A stretch of DNA of 64,000 nucleotides from a bacterium (GTDB taxonomy: Bacteria > Patescibacteriota > Minisyncoccia > UBA6257 > GWB1-50-10), in assembly GCA_002686365.1 (NCBI GenBank), contig NZBZ01000004.1, forward strand, positions 98,752-162,751. The letters run 5' to 3'. Numbering within the stretch: the stretch's first letter is position 1; the number at the start of each line of letters is the position of its first letter. A program made the translations under genes and the position numbers. The notes beneath the pieces were generated by a model. The model worked only from the letters and a program-made list of their open reading frames with translations, was not told the DNA's origin and ran no database searches. Shown one piece after another: positions 52,683 to 61,608 of the stretch.

Positions 52683-53885
52683 ATGACAATACAGGATATA
52701 CGAATTCGGCAGATATTTGATTCGAGGGGGGATAAGACTCTTGAGATAGTTTTATATGATGCAGGGGGTCGAGAGTTTACTGCGCAGATTCCTTCTGGTA
52801 AGGGAAGAGGCGAGGAGGAGGTTCAGTCATTTGATTATGAAAAGGCAGAGGATGTACTTTTGAATATTTTGAAGAAGGAGATTGTTGGGAAAGACCTCCC
52901 TTCAGTTATGGAGCTGGATAAGGCGCTTATTGCGCTTGACGGGACTCCTTCTAAAGAGAAGATTGGAGGGAATGTGATGCTTGGTATATCGATTGCGTTT
53001 GCTAGGGCCTTGGCTTTTCAGGAAAAGAAGCAGTTGTGGGAGATTTTTAGGGGGGAGTTTTTTTCTGGGATAGCAGAAGAAAAGAAGCCGCTTATTTTTT
53101 CGAACTTTATTAATGGCGGGGTTCATGCGCGGAATAATCTGGATATTCAGGAGTATTTGGTAGTTGTAGATCCAAAGGATTCTTTGGTGGACAGTATTCA
53201 TCGTTTGAGTGTGCTTTATAAGAACTTGGGGACGTTTTTGGAGCAGAGGGACAATGTGAATAATCCTCCTATTGGAGATGAGAGCGGGTATTCTGTTGAT
53301 TTTCCGAATAATTTTGAGCCTTTGAATGTGTTGGGTGAGTTTATTACAGAGTTTCATTTGGAAAATGAGGTTTTGATTGGTCTTGATGCTGCTGCTTCAG
53401 GATTTTATAAGGATGGCAAGTATGTATTTGAGAGCAATACATTCTCAAATGAGGATTTGCTTTCTCTTTATGTTGATTATTACAGGCGATCCAAGTTTCT
53501 GTATTCGATTGAGGATCCGTTTGATCCAGAAGATGGGGAGTCGTTTAGGAAGCTTTTGGGAGAGTTGCGGGATAAGCTCGTAGTTGGAGATGATCTTACT
53601 ACGACGCATCCTGATTCTATTGAGAAGTATGCGACAATGGAGGCGGTAAATAGTGTGATTATTAAGCCGAATCAGATTGGGACGGTTTCAGAGGCGTGCC
53701 AGGCAATGAAGATTGCTCGGGAGAGGAAGGTGAAGACGATTGTGTCGCATAGGTCAGGGGAGACAGAGGATAATTTTATTATTCATCTTGCAAAAGCCGG
53801 AGGAGCGGATGGAGTGAAGATTGGAGTTCCTGTTCATGAGCGTATTTTTAAATTCAACGAGCTCATAAGAGTTTATGAGGATTAG
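52683..53885 (+). CDS. eno: Enolase
   Basis: ...IRIRQIFDSRGDKTLEIV...IPSGKGRGEEE... and the C-terminal ...SHRSGETEDNFIIHLA... Confidence 0.85.
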   Translation: MTIQDIRIRQIFDSRGDKTLEIVLYDAGGREFTAQIPSGKGRGEEEVQSFDYEKAEDVLLNILKKEIVGKDLPSVMELDKALIALDGTPSKEKIGGNVMLGISIAFARALAFQEKKQLWEIFRGEFFSGIAEEKKPLIFSNFINGGVHARNNLDIQEYLVVVDPKDSLVDSIHRLSVLYKNLGTFLEQRDNVNNPPIGDESGYSVDFPNNFEPLNVLGEFITEFHLENEVLIGLDAAASGFYKDGKYVFESNTFSNEDLLSLYVDYYRRSKFLYSIEDPFDPEDGESFRKLLGELRDKLVVGDDLTTTHPDSIEKYATMEAVNSVIIKPNQIGTVSEACQAMKIARERKVKTIVSHRSGETEDNFIIHLAKAGGADGVKIGVPVHERIFKFNELIRVYED

Positions 53886-53896
53886 ACTTATTCGGT

Positions 53897-53930
53897 TTTA
53901 GGAAAAAAACCGACCTTGCGGTCGGTTTTT
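53897..53930 (+). terminator. Rho-independent terminator AAACCGACC-TTGC-GGTCGGTTT plus T-run
   Basis: 9-bp stem followed by TTTGATTT, directly after eno. Confidence 0.55.
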
Positions 53931-53943
53931 GATTTAGGGTACA

Positions 53944-54219
53944 ATGGTGAACATGGTAAAACAGATGGAAAAAATGCTGGAATTGTACCAGTTTGAGGAG
54001 TGTCCGTATTGTAAGGTAGTTCGAACTAAGCTCACAGACTTGGGAATTAGCTATATTATTCATAATGTGTCGCGAGAGCAAGAGGAGCGAACAGATCTGG
54101 AGAAAATTTCAGAGCAGAAGTTTGTTCCGGTTTTAGTTGATCCAAATACTGATATGATGATTTCAGATGATGATGAGAAGGCAGTTAAGTATTTAGAAGA
54201 GACATATGGGGCTGAATAA
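53944..54219 (+). CDS. Glutaredoxin-like protein (CPYC active site)
   Basis: ...LELYQFEECPYCKVVRTKL... is a thioredoxin-fold CxxC motif. Confidence 0.6.
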   Translation: MVNMVKQMEKMLELYQFEECPYCKVVRTKLTDLGISYIIHNVSREQEERTDLEKISEQKFVPVLVDPNTDMMISDDDEKAVKYLEETYGAE

Positions 54220-54254
54220 ATATATAGGTCGAGTTTATTAATTTTTTTGTTCTT

Positions 54255-54716
54255 ATGAAGAAATTTTTAATTTTTGTGATTTTGGTGGCTGCAGTCGGGG
54301 TTTTGGTATTTTTGCTTCGAACAGATAGGAGTCTTTTGCCTGGGTCTGGAGATGAAGGTTCGGAAGATGCGGCGACAGAGGAGGATGCTGCTGCAGACTA
54401 TGGAGAAAATACAATAGTGTACACTGATGATGGATTCTCTCCTGTTGAGATTATTGTAAGTGTTGGTGAGATAGTTACATTTGTGAATGACTCAAGCCGT
54501 GTGGTTTGGCCTGCGACAGCAGAGCATCCTACACATACTGTCTATCCTGGGAGTGATATAACAAAGTGTGATTCTGCAGAGGCAGCAGATATGTTTGACT
54601 CCTGTGGACCTGTGATGTCAGATGAGAGTTGGTCTTTTGCGTTTGATGAGGTAGGAGAGTGGGGATACCACGATCATCTGGATTCTAGTTATTTTGGAAA
54701 AGTTATCGTTGAATAA
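54255..54716 (+). CDS. Secreted or membrane-anchored cupredoxin-like protein (plastocyanin/amicyanin fold suspected)
   Basis: An N-terminal TM or signal segment. GEIVTFVNDSSRVVWPATAEHPTH resembles the amicyanin GDTVTWVN.D..HN strand. The C-terminal YHDHL...GKVIV lacks the canonical Cys. Confidence 0.35.
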   Translation: MKKFLIFVILVAAVGVLVFLLRTDRSLLPGSGDEGSEDAATEEDAAADYGENTIVYTDDGFSPVEIIVSVGEIVTFVNDSSRVVWPATAEHPTHTVYPGSDITKCDSAEAADMFDSCGPVMSDESWSFAFDEVGEWGYHDHLDSSYFGKVIVE

Positions 54717-54744
54717 CTTCGTTAGCTTATTAGCTTCAGATCCG
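54717..54744 (+). repeat. TAGCTT-type short repeat (family D) immediately after the stop codon
   Basis: CTTCGTTAGCTTATTAGCTTCAG. Confidence 0.4.
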
Positions 54745-54807
54745 TTGTTCTTTATAGAGCGGCGGATTTGTTTTGCTTTTGGGTTTTTGAGTGATAGAAT
54801 CTAGGTA

Positions 54808-56538
54808 ATGTCTGGTGAGGTTGAAGAGATAAAAAAGAGGATTGACGTGGTGGAGTTTTTGAAGGGTTATCTGGACTTACAGCCGGCTGGGAAGAATTTT
54901 AAGGCGCTTTGTCCATTTCACTCGGAGAAGACGCCGTCTTTTGTTGTGTCTCCTGATAGATCAAGGTGGCACTGCTTTGGCTCGTGCGGAGAGGGAGGTG
55001 ACATCTTCACCTTTCTTATGAAGTATGAGAATTTGGAGTTTTATGAGGCGCTTCAGGTTTTAGCAGAACGGGCAGGAGTTCCTTTGAGACAGCTTGATCC
55101 GCAGAAGCAGAAAGAGTTTGGAATTCTGTACGATATTAATGAGGAGGCAAATAATTTCTTTCAAGAAGAGTTAAAGAAGAATGAGGAGGCATTAGGATAT
55201 CTTCGGGCGCGTGGTTTGAAGGATAAAACTATAGAGGAGTTTGAGCTTGGTTATTCGCCCGGAGGTGAGGCTCTTACTATGCACTTACTTCAGAAGGGTC
55301 ATTCTATTGAGGATATTGTTCGTGCCGGAGTTTCGTATAAAAATAGGCGGGGTATGTATTGGGATAAGTTTCAGCGCAGGATTATGTTTCCTATTGCCAG
55401 CGGCGTAGGCAAGACAGTAGCGTTTACCGGACGGATGATGCCTTCGGATGAGGAGCGCGGGATTGAGGCGCCGAAATATTTGAATAGTCCCGAAACTCTT
55501 ATTTTCAGCAAATCAAAGATTTTGTACGGGCTTCATCTTTCAAAAAGAGACATTTCAAAGTCGAGGACTGCGTTTTTAGTGGAGGGGCAGATGGATGTTT
55601 TGATGGCGTGGCAGTCAGGAGTGAAAAATGTTATTGCAGTCTCTGGTACCGGACTTACGCAGTTTCATCTGCAGAGACTTGGGCGTATTGCTGATACTAT
55701 ACTTCTTAGTTTTGATAATGATGAGGCAGGGCTGAAAGCTATGGAGCGTGGACTTGATATTTTTGGTGATTTCGACTTTTATGTTAAGGTAGTTCATTTG
55801 GGGGAGCATAAGGATCCGGCAGATGCTGCGCAGGCGGATCCTGAATTTTTGAAAGGCGCGATGGAGAAGGCGCGAGGCGCGTTTACCAATCTTTTTGAGA
55901 CTCGTTTTCATGGGGTTCAGGGGGATGATGTGGCAGAGCGGAAGCGGTTAGTTCGGCACTTTCTTTCAAAGATAAGGGGGGTTCGAAGCGCTACAGAGCA
56001 GGATGCATGGATAAAGGAGCTTTCTAGAGTGTCTGGAGTGCCGGAGACAGCTCTTCTTGAGGAGTTTTCTTCAGCTGAAGCGCCTTCTTCCGGTAGCCCT
56101 AATGTGATTTCTGAGGCAGAGGGTAGTGAATCTGAAACATTGGATTTTTCTTCCTCGAATCTTCAGAGAGTTGATAGGATTTGCAGAAGGTTGTTTTCTT
56201 TAGCGTTTGCCTATGATGGATTTCTTGAAGAGCTAAAAAAGAAGGCAGAGCTTGTTCCTAATGAATATAGGAAGATGCTTGATAATCCAGAGAGTGAAGA
56301 TGCACTTCAATTTAGTATGCAGGGGACGTATAATGCAGGAGATTTGGAAGAAGAGATACTTCAGGCAGAATTTGAGGGTCTTTTACTTCAGCTTCATATA
56401 GAGGCGTTAAAGAGGCAGAAGAATGAGATTCGTACAAAAATACGTGAATCAGAACAGCAGGGGTCAGAGGAGGATTCCTTGCGATTTTTAGAAGAGTTTC
56501 AGCAGGTTGCGATTGAGATGGATAAGTTGAAGCAGTAA
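54808..56538 (+). CDS. dnaG: DNA primase
   Basis: Zinc-binding CPFHSEKTPSF...WHCFGCGEGGD and TOPRIM (...FLVEGQMDVLM...). Confidence 0.85.
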   Translation: MSGEVEEIKKRIDVVEFLKGYLDLQPAGKNFKALCPFHSEKTPSFVVSPDRSRWHCFGSCGEGGDIFTFLMKYENLEFYEALQVLAERAGVPLRQLDPQKQKEFGILYDINEEANNFFQEELKKNEEALGYLRARGLKDKTIEEFELGYSPGGEALTMHLLQKGHSIEDIVRAGVSYKNRRGMYWDKFQRRIMFPIASGVGKTVAFTGRMMPSDEERGIEAPKYLNSPETLIFSKSKILYGLHLSKRDISKSRTAFLVEGQMDVLMAWQSGVKNVIAVSGTGLTQFHLQRLGRIADTILLSFDNDEAGLKAMERGLDIFGDFDFYVKVVHLGEHKDPADAAQADPEFLKGAMEKARGAFTNLFETRFHGVQGDDVAERKRLVRHFLSKIRGVRSATEQDAWIKELSRVSGVPETALLEEFSSAEAPSSGSPNVISEAEGSESETLDFSSSNLQRVDRICRRLFSLAFAYDGFLEELKKKAELVPNEYRKMLDNPESEDALQFSMQGTYNAGDLEEEILQAEFEGLLLQLHIEALKRQKNEIRTKIRESEQQGSEEDSLRFLEEFQQVAIEMDKLKQ

Positions 56539-56541
56539 TAT

Positions 56542-57873
56542 ATGGCTACTAAAAGAAAAAAAACTACAAGCTCACGAACTCGAAAAAAGACAAAAGTTCG
56601 AAAGAATGCAGCTCCTCGGAAAAAGGCGTCTAAGAAACGGGCACAGAAGAGAGCTGCGCGAGGCCGTAAGCCGACAAAGAGACAGCCTCGAAAAACTTCG
56701 TCTCGTGGCAGGCCTAAAAAGACTTCTGCGCAGGTTCGTAAGGCGTATCCGCGTAAGAAAGTTCCGCGCAGGAAGCTTACAAAAAAGCAGCAGGAGCTTT
56801 TGGATGAGTATAATAAGCGGCTTGATGATCTTGCATATCGTGGGCGGTCCCGCGGATTTGTTACTGATTCAGAGGTCTTGAGTTTCTTCCCTGATATTGA
56901 GCAGTATCTTCCATTTTTGGAGACTGTGTATGAGCGTCTTGAAAATGATGGAATTAAGATTCGTGAGTCATCTTCTTTGAAGGGCGATGTTCGGGAGGAG
57001 ATCTCCGCGAAGGAGTTAAAGGATGCTACGCGTATTGGGCAGGACTTGCCGGATGCAGTACAGATGTATTTGAAAGAGATTGGGCGGACTCTATTGCTTA
57101 CTTCAAAGGATGAGAAGGAGCTTGCAAAACGCGCTGAAGGAGGAGATGAGGAGGCGCGTAAGAAACTTATTCAGGCGAACTTGAGACTCGTTGTCTCTAT
57201 CGCAAAGCGGTATGTGAATCGCAGTCCGCATCTTTCGATTTTGGATTTGATTCAGGAGGGGAATATTGGGCTTTCGCGGGCGGTTGATAAGTTTGATTAT
57301 CGAAAGGGATTTAAGTTTTCAACGTATGCAACATGGTGGATTCGTCAGGCGATTACTCGCGCTCTTGCGGATTATTCTAGGACAATCCGCATACCTGTGC
57401 ATATGGTTGAGACGATTACAAAATATACACAGTTGAAGCGGCGGCTTATGCAGGAGCTTGGGCGTGAGCCATTGCCGGAAGAGGTGGCAGCAGAGATGGG
57501 TGTGGAGGTAGATAAGGTGCATTATATTCAGAAGATTTCACAAGAGGTTGTATCTTTAGAGGCGCCAATTGGAGATGATGAGGAGGACTCGGTTTTATCT
57601 GATTTTATTAAGGATGAGCAGAGTTTGTCTCCGGACCAGCAGGCAAGTTTTGGGCTTTTGAAAGATCAGATTCGGGAGGTAATGTCAGACCTTAGTGAGC
57701 GGGAGAGGAAAATTTTGTCTATGCGGTTTGGGCTGGATGATGGAATTTCTCGTACTCTTGAGGAGGTTGGAAAGGTGTTTGGAGTTACACGTGAGAGGAT
57801 TCGGCAGATTGAGGCAAAGGCTTTAGAGAAGATTAGGCAGAATGATAAGGTTAGGAAGTTGGAGGGATATTAA
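56542..57873 (+). CDS. rpoD: RNA polymerase sigma factor RpoD with an ~85-aa Lys/Arg-rich N-terminal tail
   Basis: Regions 2-4 are conserved (...[29 protein letters not shown]..., ...[23 protein letters not shown]...). The N-terminus reads [51 protein letters not shown]... Confidence 0.9.
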   Translation: MATKRKKTTSSRTRKKTKVRKNAAPRKKASKKRAQKRAARGRKPTKRQPRKTSSRGRPKKTSAQVRKAYPRKKVPRRKLTKKQQELLDEYNKRLDDLAYRGRSRGFVTDSEVLSFFPDIEQYLPFLETVYERLENDGIKIRESSSLKGDVREEISAKELKDATRIGQDLPDAVQMYLKEIGRTLLLTSKDEKELAKRAEGGDEEARKKLIQANLRLVVSIAKRYVNRSPHLSILDLIQEGNIGLSRAVDKFDYRKGFKFSTYATWWIRQAITRALADYSRTIRIPVHMVETITKYTQLKRRLMQELGREPLPEEVAAEMGVEVDKVHYIQKISQEVVSLEAPIGDDEEDSVLSDFIKDEQSLSPDQQASFGLLKDQIREVMSDLSERERKILSMRFGLDDGISRTLEEVGKVFGVTRERIRQIEAKALEKIRQNDKVRKLEGY

Positions 57874-57915
57874 CGTTAGCTTTTAGCTTATAGCTTCATT
57901 AGCTTTTAGGTTTTC
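57874..57915 (+). repeat. Tandem TAGCTTN heptamers (family D) directly after the rpoD stop
   Basis: CGTTAGCTTTTAGCTTATAGCTTCATTAGCTTTTAG shares a 30-nt identical stretch with 24740-24770. A B-family fragment follows (GCGATACTCAAAGACGAAAAGGA). Confidence 0.55.
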
Positions 57916-58076
57916 GCCTTTTTCTTTGTTTTCGTCGTTTAATATTTCATTTCCTCACTTTGCGATACTCAAAGACGAAAAGGATGTGTGCTTCCTAGCC
58001 TTTTCATTTTTTGAGAGGTTGGGGGGTGGATGGTTATTGACACTGGGCCTGTAGAGTGTAGGATATAGGCCATTAT

Positions 58077-59402
58077 ATGAGATATCTTTCTTTTCTGGTT
58101 TTTGGCTTTATTTTTTTTGGCCTTGTAATTGGAGCGCGAGTTATAGGGGATAATCCGGGAGGCCGGGCTCTTTTAACTGAGCCAAAGATTTCCAGAACAA
58201 GAACAATGCCGGGAAGTTCTTTGTACTTTTTTAAGGAGTTTCGTAGGAGCATTGATCAGGCGCTTTCATTTGGAAGTCTTTCAAAAATTCGAAATCGGCT
58301 AGATGTTCTTGATGAGCGCCTTGGCGAGCTGCATGAGCTTTTAGTGCATCGTGAGGCTTCTCCAGATGAGTTTTTGAGTGTTTCAGGGGAGTATCAGAAT
58401 GATTTAGATTATATTCGTTCGAAGATTGGCGCGTCTGAAGAACGCGCTTTGGATTTTTCAGATGAGTTTTTGGAGAGGACTTTTTATCATTTCCAGATTT
58501 TTGAGAAGCTTCGATGGGAAGTTCCTGAATTTCGTTCTGATGTAGTTTTTTTGGAGGAGAAGATGCTTGAGACAGCGGCATTTGTTTTTGGTATAGCAGG
58601 GGATGGGGCAGAGGTTGATACTGATATATTTGAAAAAAACTCTCTTCCTGGGCTTCAGTTTCTTCAGAAATTTGCTGATTTTTTGCCGGCAGCAATTTCT
58701 CGCGCGCGTGTTTCCGCGGCCAAGCAGGAAATTGTTTCCATTCTTCGGGGATACTACTTAGCTAACGAACTTTCTCCTACCAGCCTTGTTGGATTTTTAA
58801 TAGATGAGGCGAATGGTGATTTTATTTCTCGCGTGAGGGCTGTAGATGTTTTGCGGGAGGGTTTTCAGGATGAGGAGATGAAGAATCAGCTTGTATTTTT
58901 GCGGCAGAAGATGTTTGAGGAAGTTGATGCGTCTTTGTTTTTTGAGGATGGAGTGATTGATGATGAGATTGAGCGTCTTTCTTCTTTTATTTCTGAGCTT
59001 AGGGAAAATGATGCTGATTTGAGTGAGGATCTGCAGGAGAAGTTAGAGAAGGCGGAGTTTACTTATGATAGATCTCTTGAGTTTTATTCTTCAGGGCTTT
59101 ATGATCGGGTGTTTAGCCAGCTTTCTCTTACTTCTGTAACTTTGGATTCTTTGCTTTTGGATGTTTCTCTTCCTTCTGCTTTTTTTGAACACTCTGTAAA
59201 TTCTTTGAAGAATGAGTTTGAGTCGTTGAAGGGTAAGATTGACGGCAATGGAGAGGATGGTGTTATTTCGGAATTTTTTCATGAGGCAGAGGAGAATATC
59301 GCGGAACTTTTGGTTTCTATAGGACAGGAAGTTTCTTTTGACTTTCGTCTTATTTCTAGAACCAAGTCTATTTTGGTGGCGTTGAGGGAGGCGCTTCGTT
59401 AG
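58077..59402 (+). CDS. Hypothetical membrane-anchored helical protein
   Basis: An N-terminal TM segment; Glu/Leu/Phe-rich and predicted helical; no motif. Confidence 0.45.
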   Translation: MRYLSFLVFGFIFFGLVIGARVIGDNPGGRALLTEPKISRTRTMPGSSLYFFKEFRRSIDQALSFGSLSKIRNRLDVLDERLGELHELLVHREASPDEFLSVSGEYQNDLDYIRSKIGASEERALDFSDEFLERTFYHFQIFEKLRWEVPEFRSDVVFLEEKMLETAAFVFGIAGDGAEVDTDIFEKNSLPGLQFLQKFADFLPAAISRARVSAAKQEIVSILRGYYLANELSPTSLVGFLIDEANGDFISRVRAVDVLREGFQDEEMKNQLVFLRQKMFEEVDASLFFEDGVIDDEIERLSSFISELRENDADLSEDLQEKLEKAEFTYDRSLEFYSSGLYDRVFSQLSLTSVTLDSLLLDVSLPSAFFEHSVNSLKNEFESLKGKIDGNGEDGVISEFFHEAEENIAELLVSIGQEVSFDFRLISRTKSILVALREALR

Positions 59403-59459
59403 CTTATAGCTTCGTTAGCTTTCAGCTTCGTTAGCTTCTGGAGCTTCCGGAGCTTTTTT
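59393..59459 (+). repeat. Family D repeat variant (GCTTCGTTAGCTTATA x3, then GCTTC(T/C)GGAGCTT) overlapping the stop codon
   Basis: GCTTCGTTAGCTTATAGCTTCGTTAGCTTTCAGCTTCGTTAGCTTCTGGAGCTTCCGGAGCTTTTTT. Confidence 0.5.
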
Positions 59460-59473
59460 GATACCATAACTTC

Positions 59474-61339
59474 ATGACCATTCATGAGGTTCGAAAAAAG
59501 TACCTCGAGTTTTTTGAGAGTAGGGGGCATGTTGTTATTTCTTCAGCCTCTCTTTATCCAGAGAATGATCCAACAACTTTGTTTACGGGTTCTGGCATGC
59601 AGTCTATGATTCCGTATCTGCTTGGCGAGGAGTATCCAAAGGGCAATAGAGTTGCTGATTCGCAAAAGTGTTTTCGAACACAGGACATAGAAGAAGTGGG
59701 CGATAATCGGCATACGACATATTTTGAGATGCTTGGGAACTGGTCTTTGGGCGACTATTTTAAGAAGGAACAGATTCCGTGGGTGTTTGAATTTTATACA
59801 AAGGTTCTTGGACTTGATCCTAAGCGGCTTTACGTTACGGTATTTTGTGGAAATGAGGATATAGGTATTCCAAAAGATGAAGAGAGCGTGAATATTTGGA
59901 AGGAGGTGTTTTCAAATGTTGGGATTGAGGCAAAGGATGTGGATAATTCAGAAGATAGGGGCATGTGTGATGGGAGAATTTTTTATTATGATGAGACTAA
60001 AAATTGGTGGTCACGCGCAGGAGCTCCTCAAGATATGCCGGAGGGAGAGTTGGGTGGGCCGGATTCGGAAGTGTTTTGGGATTTTGACCCTGATGAGTTA
60101 AAGAAAACTCATGAAAATTCAGAGTTTTCAAAAAAACCATGCCATGTGAATTGTGATTGCGGGAGATTTTTGGAGATTGGGAATAGCGTGTTTATGGAGT
60201 ATCAGAAGACTGCGGATGGATTTGAGCAGTTGAAGCAGAAGAATGTAGACTTTGGCGGAGGGCTTGAGAGAATGGTTGCGGCAGCTTTAGATGAGCAGGA
60301 CATGTTAAGGATTCCCGTGTTTACATCTTCTCGAAGAGTTTTAGAGTCTTTGTCTGGAAAAAAGTATGGTGATGACAAGGAAGAGACTCGCGCGTTTCGG
60401 GTTATTCTGGATCATTTGCGCGCCGCATCATTTCTTATGGGTGATGAGTGTGGAGTAGAGCCGTCGAATACTGATCAGGGATATGTTGTTCGTCGGCTTG
60501 TTAGAAGAGCTATTCGGTATGGAAGGCAGCTTGGGATAAAGGAGGGTCCTTGGACGCAAAAGCTTGTAGAGGCAGTTGCAGGCGAGTATGAGGAGTCGTA
60601 TCCGGAAATTCGTAAGAACGAGAAGCGAATTTCAAAATGGATGCAGGACGAGGAGGAGAAATTTATGAAGACTGTTGAGAGGGGACTGAAGGAACTGCAG
60701 AAGATGGAAAAGCCGACTGGCAAAGAGCTTTTTGTTCTTTATTCCACCTATGGATTTCCTCTTGAGATGAGCTTTGAGGAGCTTGGGACTTTGGCAAGTG
60801 ATCAAGAGGTGCTTACAGAGGAGTTTCATAAGGAGGCAAAGAAGCATGGTGAGCTTTCGCGGACTGCTTCAGCAGGGAAGTTTACCGGAGGATTGGCAGA
60901 TCAGTCAGAGGAGGTTATTCGTCTTCATACTGCAACGCATCTGCTGAATGAGGCTCTTCGGCAGAAAGTTGATCCTAGTATTACGCAGAAGGGATCAAAT
61001 ATAACATCAGAGCGGCTTCGATTTGACTTTAGTTTTGACAGGAAACTCACAGATAAGGAGGTTGCAGATGTTGAAGAGCTTGTGAATAAAAAGATAGGGG
61101 AGGGGATTTCAGTTGAGCGAAAGGAGATGCCTTTACAGAAGGCATTGGATTCCGGAGCACAGGCTGAGTTTGGAGCAAAATATCCTGATACGGTTTCCGT
61201 ATATTCTATTGGAGATTTTTCTAAGGAGCTTTGCGCAGGTCCGCATGTTTCAAGTACTTCGGAAATTGGGAAGTTTAAGGTTTTAAAGCAGGAGGCAGTT
61301 GCAGCAGGAGTGCGGAGGATTAAGGCTACGGTTGAGTGA
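59474..61339 (+). CDS. alaS: Alanyl-tRNA synthetase, short form lacking the C-terminal C-Ala domain
   Basis: The N-terminal catalytic core (...FFESRGHVVISSASLYPENDPTTLFTGSGMQ...WSLGDYFK...) and the editing-domain HxxxH (HTATHLLNEAL) plus CAGPHV are present. 621 aa. Confidence 0.85.
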   Translation: MTIHEVRKKYLEFFESRGHVVISSASLYPENDPTTLFTGSGMQSMIPYLLGEEYPKGNRVADSQKCFRTQDIEEVGDNRHTTYFEMLGNWSLGDYFKKEQIPWVFEFYTKVLGLDPKRLYVTVFCGNEDIGIPKDEESVNIWKEVFSNVGIEAKDVDNSEDRGMCDGRIFYYDETKNWWSRAGAPQDMPEGELGGPDSEVFWDFDPDELKKTHENSEFSKKPCHVNCDCGRFLEIGNSVFMEYQKTADGFEQLKQKNVDFGGGLERMVAAALDEQDMLRIPVFTSSRRVLESLSGKKYGDDKEETRAFRVILDHLRAASFLMGDECGVEPSNTDQGYVVRRLVRRAIRYGRQLGIKEGPWTQKLVEAVAGEYEESYPEIRKNEKRISKWMQDEEEKFMKTVERGLKELQKMEKPTGKELFVLYSTYGFPLEMSFEELGTLASDQEVLTEEFHKEAKKHGELSRTASAGKFTGGLADQSEEVIRLHTATHLLNEALRQKVDPSITQKGSNITSERLRFDFSFDRKLTDKEVADVEELVNKKIGEGISVERKEMPLQKALDSGAQAEFGAKYPDTVSVYSIGDFSKELCAGPHVSSTSEIGKFKVLKQEAVAAGVRRIKATVE

Positions 61340-61560
61340 TTTCACCCCTTCTTTCTTTCGTCTCCTTTTCCGTTCCTTAGATAACACAATTTTCACTCGT
61401 CAGAAAAAACTTACGGAAAAGAGTGAACTCGCTACGCTCAAACAACACTCTTTTCCTATTTTTTCTTTCTCGCTCAACGTGTTCTTTACGAAGGAACTCT
61501 TTTAAGTCGTCGAGAAGAAAGAAGCGGTGAAGTTAAGGAGGAAAATGTTTGGTTGAGGTT
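61340..61560 (+). repeat. 3'-UTR repeat family B, copy after alaS
   Basis: ...CACTCGTCAGAAAAAACTTACGGAAAAGAGTGAACTCGCTACGCTCAAACAAC...TTTTTTCTTTCTCGCTCAAC... Confidence 0.5.
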
Positions 61561-61608
61561 TTCCACTGGTCAGAACAGCTTTTCGGGTTTATAATTTAAG
61601 TAATCATT

